Source of the DNA: Kofleriaceae bacterium
GTDB taxonomy: Bacteria; Myxococcota_A; Polyangia; Haliangiales; Haliangiaceae
Direction of reading: 5' to 3'
Assembly (NCBI GenBank): GCA_046597055.1
Contig: JBKJLC010000110.1
Span: 1-23,713 of the forward strand
Length of the DNA: 23,713 nt
Positions 18,278 through 23,713 of the stretch are shown one piece after another; the stretch's first letter is position 1, and every line of letters begins with the position of its first letter. A program made the translations under genes and the position numbers. The notes beneath the pieces were generated by a model. It made no database searches. It saw only the letters and a program-made list of their open reading frames with translations, and had not been told where the DNA came from.

Positions 18278-20236
18278 TTATTCGAGCACGACGTCGGTGC
18301 CAGCCGACAGGCCGGCGTCCGACGGACACGCCACCGAGACCTTGGCACCCTCGACCTTGGTCACGATGCAGTTCGCCCGCTGATCAAGCCCGGCCTTGGA
18401 CGCGACCCGAACCGGCGCATCGGCCGCGAAGGTCTTGCTGGCCGGCACGTCGAAGGTCGCGGCGAGCAGTACCGGCGGCGTGATCGTCGCGATGACCTGG
18501 GTGGCGGTGGCGCGCGCGCCCTTCTTGACCTTGACCGCGACGGTGCCGGCGACCGGCGCCTTGACCATGGCGCCCTCGATCTTCAGGAGGATGTCCTCGC
18601 GTTCCTTGCGCTTCTCCTCGAGCCGCTTGGTGCGCTCGGCGAGGCGCTCGGCGGCAACCTTCGATGCCGCCGCGTTGTTGCTCGCGTCGGCCTTCTCCTT
18701 GAGCTTGGTCTGGCGGTCGATCTCCTTGGGAACGCCCGCCGTGATGTCGTAGTCGAGGCCCTTCAGGCGCTGCTCGAGCGCCGCGTTGGAGACGAAGCGC
18801 ACCAGCTGGTCGCCGACCGCGACCACCTTGCCGTCGGCGACGACCTCGGCGATCTGCGCCGCCTGCCCGGCGGCAACGTCGGTCGGCACGCCCGCGGTCT
18901 CGGCCAGGGTCGCGCTCGGCGGGGGCGGCGGTGGGGGCGGCGGCGGCGCCGCGACCACGCCCACCCCGGGCCCCGGGCCCGCGGCGGTACCGACTTGATC
19001 GCCGGTGGTCGTGGGCGTTGCGTCCGCGGACTCCCACGGCAGCGGCTTGTTCAGGACCCTCGTCCACACCACGTAGGCGCCGGCGAGCAGGAGCACGAGC
19101 AGGAAGACGTAGAGCAGCGCCTTGCTGCGCGGCGCCTCGGCCGGCGCCGGGTCGGTCGGCGCCACGATCGCCGGACCGGTCTCGGCCTTGGGCCGCGACA
19201 CGCCGACCGGCGCCTTGGGAAGCTCGACCGCGGGTCGACCGGCCTGCGCGGCCTGGGTCGAGGCCGCGCGGGTGACGGCCTCCTGGGCCGCCTTGTCCGC
19301 CGCGGCCCGAGCCGCCGCTTCCTGCGACGCGCGCTCGGCGTTCTCGCGCTCGGCGGCAGCCTTCTCGGCCGCTGCCTTGTCGGCGGCCGTCTTCTCGCCC
19401 AGGCGGCGGGCCTCGTCGGCGTGAGCGTCGGCTCCGTCGAGCGCGGCCTGCAGGTCGGCCGGGAGGTCCACGGCCTTCATCACCTTGGAGGCGCGCACCG
19501 CCTCCTTGACGTCGGACGCCGAGATCGCGAGATGATCGCTCAGGTCGACCGAGACATCGTCGTCGCCGTAGTCCGCCGTCATTGCGGGCGGCAGGTGGGT
19601 GGGCCCGTCGTCCTCGTGATCGTGACGCGACACCGGGCGCAGCGTCCGCATGGGCGCCTGGGCCGTCGGCGGCGGCGGCGCCTCGAACTCCATGCCGTCA
19701 CGGCCGCCGGCCGGGCCCAACTCGGGGCCGGGCGCTGCATCGCGCGCCCGCGCGCCACCCGGCACCGCGGCCGGACGCCCCCCGGCGTGGCCGAGCTCGA
19801 GCTCGCCGATCGTCGTCGGGACATCCTCGTCGAACTGGTTGGCCCCGGCGCGGCCGAGCTCGACGTCGTCGACCGGGATCTTGGCCGCGCGCGGTGCCGA
19901 GACCACGCCCGGGACGAGCTCTTGCTCGTACGCGACCTGGGTGCGCGCCGGCGCGGTGGTCGCCGTCTCGAGGTAGCCGAGATCGCCGAGGGTCGCGATC
20001 ACGGTCGCGAGCTCCTTGGGCGATGGCTCGACGCCGAGCTCCTCGCGGGCCCACTGGGCGAGGCCCTGGACGTCGCGCTCGCCGTCCATCGCGCAGGCAA
20101 TCGAGTACTCGACGTCGAAGAACCGGGACACGTTGCCCGTGTCCGGGTCGATCACGTCGATGTAGCGGTGGCCGTCTTCTTCGATCGGCTCGGCGACCAG
20201 ATCGGTGCGGAAACGCGGGCGGGCGGTCGGGTTCAT
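18278..20236 (-). CDS. Hypothetical bitopic membrane protein: PqqD/RRE-like N-terminal domain, low-complexity linker, TM helix, HlyD/membrane-fusion-like periplasmic domain
   Basis: AGGAG RBS. N-terminus RPRFRTDLVAEPIEEDG...IDPDTG...FFDVEYSIACAMDG...LGDLGYLE. TM ALLYVFLLVLLLAGAYVVW, then poly-Pro. Split lipoyl-like halves (IAEVVADGKVVAVGDQLVRF and VKAPVAGTV...VKKG) flank a coiled-coil hairpin. Confidence 0.7.
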   Translation of the reverse strand: MNPTARPRFRTDLVAEPIEEDGHRYIDVIDPDTGNVSRFFDVEYSIACAMDGERDVQGLAQWAREELGVEPSPKELATVIATLGDLGYLETATTAPARTQVAYEQELVPGVVSAPRAAKIPVDDVELGRAGANQFDEDVPTTIGELELGHAGGRPAAVPGGARARDAAPGPELGPAGGRDGMEFEAPPPPTAQAPMRTLRPVSRHDHEDDGPTHLPPAMTADYGDDDVSVDLSDHLAISASDVKEAVRASKVMKAVDLPADLQAALDGADAHADEARRLGEKTAADKAAAEKAAAERENAERASQEAAARAAADKAAQEAVTRAASTQAAQAGRPAVELPKAPVGVSRPKAETGPAIVAPTDPAPAEAPRSKALLYVFLLVLLLAGAYVVWTRVLNKPLPWESADATPTTTGDQVGTAAGPGPGVGVVAAPPPPPPPPPPSATLAETAGVPTDVAAGQAAQIAEVVADGKVVAVGDQLVRFVSNAALEQRLKGLDYDITAGVPKEIDRQTKLKEKADASNNAAASKVAAERLAERTKRLEEKRKEREDILLKIEGAMVKAPVAGTVAVKVKKGARATATQVIATITPPVLLAATFDVPASKTFAADAPVRVASKAGLDQRANCIVTKVEGAKVSVACPSDAGLSAGTDVVLE

Positions 20237-20325
20237 CGGGGGCTCTCCTGGGACGTCGCCACGGACGTCGGCACGACCGTGGCGCGCCGATGCGACGCGC
20301 GGCGGAGCGCGGGGCGGATCCGCTG

Positions 20326-20913
20326 TCAGCTACCGCGCTTGAGCTCGGTGAGAACGAGCTTCGCGACCGCCTTGAGGGTGTCGAACACGCCGACGCCCTT
20401 GACCGCGACCGCCTCGAACTGCGGGACCTTGGTCGGGTTCAGCACCTCGGTCAGCTCCTCGAGCGGCGCCGAGTTCGGCAGGTCGCGCTTGTTGAGCTGC
20501 ACGACGTACGGAAGCTTGTCGAGGTCGTAGCCCTGCTCGGCGAGGTTCGTGCGCAGGTTGTCGAGCGACTCGATGTTCGCTTCCATGCGCTCGATCTGCG
20601 AGTCGCCGACGAAGCACACGCCGTCGACCCCCTTGAGGATCAGCTTGCGGCTCGCATCGTAGAAGACCTGGCCGGGCACCGTGTACAGGTGAAACCGGGT
20701 CTTGAAGCCGCGGATCTCGCCGAGCGACAGCGGCAGGAAGTCGAAAAAGAGCGTTCGCTCGGTCTCGGTGGCGAGGGAGATCATCTTCCCTTTCGCCTCC
20801 GGATTCGTCTTGTTGTAGATGTACTGAAGATTCGTCGTCTTCCCGCACAAGCCGGGCCCGTAGTAGACGATCTTGCAGTTGATCTCGCGGGACGAGTAGT
20901 TGATGAAGCTCAT
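20326..20913 (-). CDS. mglA: Mutual gliding-motility small GTPase MglA
   Basis: [60 protein letters not shown]; 195 aa. Confidence 0.98.
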   Translation of the reverse strand: MSFINYSSREINCKIVYYGPGLCGKTTNLQYIYNKTNPEAKGKMISLATETERTLFFDFLPLSLGEIRGFKTRFHLYTVPGQVFYDASRKLILKGVDGVCFVGDSQIERMEANIESLDNLRTNLAEQGYDLDKLPYVVQLNKRDLPNSAPLEELTEVLNPTKVPQFEAVAVKGVGVFDTLKAVAKLVLTELKRGS

Positions 20914-20925
20914 GCTCTTCCCGCC

Positions 20926-21405
20926 TCAGTCGTTGAACAGGTTGTCGATGTCGTCGTCGGTGATCTCGGCAAAGACCGACGGCTGATTCCCGGCCTCGCT
21001 CTTCCGGACCATCGTCTCGAGCACGGTGGTCAGCTCGACCGCGGCCTTGCGCACGCGCAGGCGCACGAGGCCGAGCGAGCTGCGCTCGTCGAACAGCACC
21101 AGGAGAATGACGCGGGCCCCGACGATGGAGATATGGACGTTGGTCTTCTCCCCCTCGTGGAACTGGCCAGCGAACTCCTTCTCGGCGAGGAGCTGCGCGA
21201 TGCCACCGGTCGCCGCGACGTTGCCGGCGGTGAGCGACGACAGCGAGGTGACATCGAGGTGCTCGACGTCGCCCGACTGGACGATCGCCTGCCCGTTCTT
21301 GTCGATGACCAGCACCGCCTTGGCGTTCGAATCGCGCTGGAGCACGTCGCAGATGTGCATCAGCTGCGTGAGCTCCTCTTCGTACATCACCAGTTGGTTG
21401 GTCAT
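20926..21405 (-). CDS. mglB: MglB roadblock/LC7 GTPase-activating protein, 159 aa
   Basis: MTNQLVMYEEE..., IDKNGQ, SLSSLTAGNVAA, SSLGLVRLR, C-terminal helix FAEITDDDIDNLF. Start ATG 21405 with AGGAG upstream. Confidence 0.97.
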   Translation of the reverse strand: MTNQLVMYEEELTQLMHICDVLQRDSNAKAVLVIDKNGQAIVQSGDVEHLDVTSLSSLTAGNVAATGGIAQLLAEKEFAGQFHEGEKTNVHISIVGARVILLVLFDERSSLGLVRLRVRKAAVELTTVLETMVRKSEAGNQPSVFAEITDDDIDNLFND

Positions 21406-21498
21406 CTCGCCTGGACTCCTGCCAGCCTGTTGCCCGCTACGAAAAAGGTCGTTCCCCGTCGCCAAGGGGAATGGGACACACCGCCCCAGCCTGGGTCA

Positions 21499-21528
21499 AA
21501 CGTACCAGACGGCCGAAGATTCGTTCAA
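21499..21528 (-). promoter_or_regulatory. Sigma70/A-type promoter of mglBA
   Basis: TTGAAC(21528-21523)-18 nt-TACGTT(21504-21499) with an extended -10 TG. Confidence 0.55.
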
Positions 21529-21588
21529 CCTTTCCGGGCATCTATGCGCCCGCGTTTCCGCGCGGCGGACCAGTGCCCCGCGCCGCGG

Positions 21589-22194
21589 TCACAGCGACGA
21601 GCGCCCGGCCAGCGCCCGCGCGATCGTCGCCTGGTCGGTGTACTCGAGGTCACCACCGACCGGCAGGCCGGTGGCGATGCGTGAGACTCGGATCCCGAGG
21701 GGCTTGATCAGGCGCGCCAGGTACATCGCGGTCGACTCGCCCTCGACCGTGGGCGCGGTCGCGATGATCACCTCGCCGACCGCAACCCCGCCGTCGGGGG
21801 CGGGGCCGAGCCGCCGGATGAGCTCGGTGATCCGGAGCTCGTCCGGCCCGATCCCTTCCAGCGGAGCAAGGGTGCCATGCAGCACGTGGTAGCGGCCGCG
21901 AAAGTGGCTGCCCCGCTCGATCGCCAGCACGTCGCTGGCGCTGGCCACCACACAGACGATCGAAGGGTCGCGCCGGGGGTCGTCACACAACCGACACGGA
22001 TCGGCCTCGGTGAGCGTCATGCACACCGAGCACAGCCCGATCTTCTCGGTCGCGTCGACCAGCGCCGCGGCGAGGTCGCGGACCTGCTGCTTGGGCGCGC
22101 GCACGAGGTGCATCGCCAGGCGGGTCGCGGTCTTCTCGCCGATGCCGGGCAGTCGGCCGAGCTCCTGGACCAGGCGCTGGATCGGATCGGCCAT
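21589..22194 (-). CDS. recR: Recombination mediator RecR
   Basis: LPGIGEKTA HhH, CSVC...PCRLC zinc finger, YHVLHG, TVEGESTA Toprim region, GLPVGGDLEYTD. Confidence 0.97.
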   Translation of the reverse strand: MADPIQRLVQELGRLPGIGEKTATRLAMHLVRAPKQQVRDLAAALVDATEKIGLCSVCMTLTEADPCRLCDDPRRDPSIVCVVASASDVLAIERGSHFRGRYHVLHGTLAPLEGIGPDELRITELIRRLGPAPDGGVAVGEVIIATAPTVEGESTAMYLARLIKPLGIRVSRIATGLPVGGDLEYTDQATIARALAGRSSL

Positions 22195-22277
22195 GCTAGT
22201 GCACCGCTCGCGCGAGCCGGGCGCGGGACACTAGCGTCCCGCCCCGCTCGCCTCGACGCGCTCTCGCAGGCGATGCA

Positions 22278-22616
22278 CTAGAACATGCCGGGCGGCATGC
22301 CGGGGATGTTCATCCCGCCCATCACCTTGGACATGTGCTCCTTGGTGACCTCGCGCATGCGGTTGACGGCGACGTTGACCGCCGAGGTGACGAGATCCTC
22401 GAGCATCGCAACGTCGGTCGGGTCGACGACGTTCTTGTCGATCTTGATCTTCTGGATCTCGAAGTTGCCGTTGACGGTCACGGTGACCATGCCGCCGCCG
22501 GCCTGGCCGTCGGCCGTCATCGTCGCGACCTGCTCCTGCGCCTTGGCGACGTCGCCCTGGAGCTTCTGGGCCTGGCGCATCAGGGCGCCGAGATCGGGCA
22601 TTTTTCCGTTAGACAT
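22278..22616 (-). CDS. ybaB: YbaB/EbfC nucleoid-associated protein
   Basis: LMRQAQKLQ...AGGGMVTVTVNG...MLEDLVTSAVN in canonical dnaX-ybaB-recR synteny. 8-nt overlap with dnaX. Confidence 0.95.
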   Translation of the reverse strand: MSNGKMPDLGALMRQAQKLQGDVAKAQEQVATMTADGQAGGGMVTVTVNGNFEIQKIKIDKNVVDPTDVAMLEDLVTSAVNVAVNRMREVTKEHMSKVMGGMNIPGMPPGMF

Positions 22617-23712
22617 CGGTCTTGATCTCCTTGATCGCCGCGCCGAAGGTCTCGAGGACCAGGCGGGTCATCGGGTGGTCGCGGGCCTCGGACTCGCGAC
22701 GGCGACGCTCTTCGTCACCGCGGAGCTTGTTCTCCTCGACGACCGAGCGCTGCGGCGTCGCCGCCGACTCCGCAGCCGTGAGCATGCGGATGTGGACGTT
22801 GACCGCCTTGCCGGCAAGCTCGCGCACGATCTGCCGCAGCGGCTCGGCTTGCTCGCGCGCGAGGTCCGCCAGCTCATAGCTCGGCGAGAAGCCTAGCTCG
22901 AGCAGCTCGGCCGTGAAGGTCAGGACCCGCGCGTTCATGAAATGGCCAAACAGCGTGCGCTTGCGCTGCTCGAGCATGTCGAGCACGACGTTCCAGCGCA
23001 TCGGGATGGGCAAGCCGGCAAACGCCGCAGGCGACATGGCCCCAGACACCGCTGCCGCTGCGGGTGCCGCTGCCGCTGCCGCTGCCGCTGCGGGTGCCGC
23101 TGCCGCTGCTGGTGCCGCTGCCGCTGCTGGTGCCGCTGCCAGTGCCGCCGCTGCCGGCCGTAGCGCTGCCACCGCCCCCGGCACCGCCGCCATCATCTCC
23201 GGCACCGCGACCGGCACCGGCGCCGCCACCACCGGCGCCACCGCCAACGCCCGCGCCGGCGTCCGGCCCGCCCCCGCCACCGCCACCGCCACCGCCCGCG
23301 ACGCACTGGACGGCGAAGCCCCCGCACCCGCCCGCGCTCCACCGCCACCCCCGCCGCCCCCGCCGAGCCGGCGCTCCATGTCCCCGAGCCGCTCGAGCAG
23401 ATCCCCGAGCGGCACCAGCGGCTCGAGGGTCGCGACGTCGATCAGCGCCAAGTCGAGCACGAGCCGGGGCTGCATCGTCTTGCCGAGGTCGTCGCACGCG
23501 CGCAGCATCCGCTCGAACATCTGGGTCAGCCGCGGCCGCGGGAGCGCCGCCGCCTCGGCCGCCATCGCCGCGCGCTCGTCCTCGGACGCATCGACCAGCT
23601 CGGTCGCGCCGGGCGCGACCTGCAGCACCGCGAGATCCCGCAGGTAGCGCACCACCGCGCGCGCGAGCTGGACCTCGTCGACCCCGCGGCCGCTCGCCGC
23701 GTCGGCTCGGGC
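22609..23712 (-). CDS. dnaX: DNA polymerase III gamma/tau subunit, C-terminal part (5' end outside window)
   Basis: Frame is open to the window end. Domain III-like (LRDLAVLQ...QPRLVLDLALI), Ala/Pro linker, C-terminal W-x-x-VL ... ARDHPMTRLVLETFGA. Synteny with ybaB-recR. Confidence 0.85.
   Translation of the reverse strand, partial: ARADAASGRGVDEVQLARAVVRYLRDLAVLQVAPGATELVDASEDERAAMAAEAAALPRPRLTQMFERMLRACDDLGKTMQPRLVLDLALIDVATLEPLVPLGDLLERLGDMERRLGGGGGGGGGARAGAGASPSSASRAVAVAVAGAGRTPARALAVAPVVAAPVPVAVPEMMAAVPGAVAALRPAAAALAAAPAAAAAPAAAAAPAAAAAAAAAPAAAAVSGAMSPAAFAGLPIPMRWNVVLDMLEQRKRTLFGHFMNARVLTFTAELLELGFSPSYELADLAREQAEPLRQIVRELAGKAVNVHIRMLTAAESAATPQRSVVEENKLRGDEERRRRESEARDHPMTRLVLETFGAAIKEIKTDV
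23050..23155. repeat. Coding tandem repeat in the dnaX linker: (GCTGCC)n hexamers nested in about 18-bp GGTGCCGCTGCCGCTGC(T/G) units encoding PAAAAA
   Basis: Directly visible in the sequence and translating to AAAPAAAAAPAAAAAPAAAAAAAAAPAAAA. Confidence 0.85.
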
Positions 23713-23713
23713 C

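Noticed and set aside
17862..20236. RiPP biosynthetic cluster implied by the PqqD-like domain
   Set aside because: No radical SAM, YcaO, LanM, lasso cyclase, peptidase or precursor-like peptide in the window.
18143..21892. Long + strand ORFs (795, 700 and 288 aa)
   Set aside because: Antisense or off-frame shadows of the 652-aa gene, mglA, mglB and recR, as expected at high GC.
22195..22277. SRP RNA or tRNA near dnaX-ybaB-recR
   Set aside because: No SRP domain IV motif or cloverleaf in the intergenic gaps. Such genes usually lie upstream of dnaX, outside this window.
23050..23155. CRISPR-like array
   Set aside because: Contiguous coding microsatellite with no unique spacers and no cas genes.
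22609..23713. Programmed frameshift or slippage site producing a gamma subunit in dnaX
   Set aside because: No A-AAA-AAG or long homopolymer run is visible in this part of the gene, and the frame is continuous.

Overview
Very GC-rich bacterial chromosomal window, almost certainly Myxococcota: it has near-canonical mglB-mglA next to recR and a MYXO-CTERM-tailed protein (a Haliangiales/Kofleriaceae-like origin is a guess). It is mostly core and metabolic DNA. In order: a partial MetE-like (cobalamin-independent methionine synthase family) gene, an 8-repeat carboxypeptidase-regulatory-like surface protein, ohrR-ohr, a DUF4178-like membrane protein, and a 2-oxoacid dehydrogenase operon with two different E1-alpha genes (E1a-E1b-E2-E1a'-E3). 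Then come a secreted QExxH metzincin-like protein with a candidate sigma54 promoter, gcdH-thiD-TIGR01777 epimerase, a TPR + Slt lytic transglycosylase, a small OB-fold-like protein, and dnaX(partial)-ybaB-recR-mglB-mglA followed by an unusual 652-aa membrane protein (PqqD/RRE-like N-terminus, disordered linker, TM helix, HlyD-like periplasmic adaptor). No rRNA, tRNA, CRISPR array or mobile element was seen. The best novelty candidates are the mglBA-linked orphan adaptor, the dual-E1-alpha operon beside ohr, a terminator-like hairpin in the mglBA leader and a recurrent leaderless-promoter architecture. All family calls come from motif recognition by eye; no searches were run.
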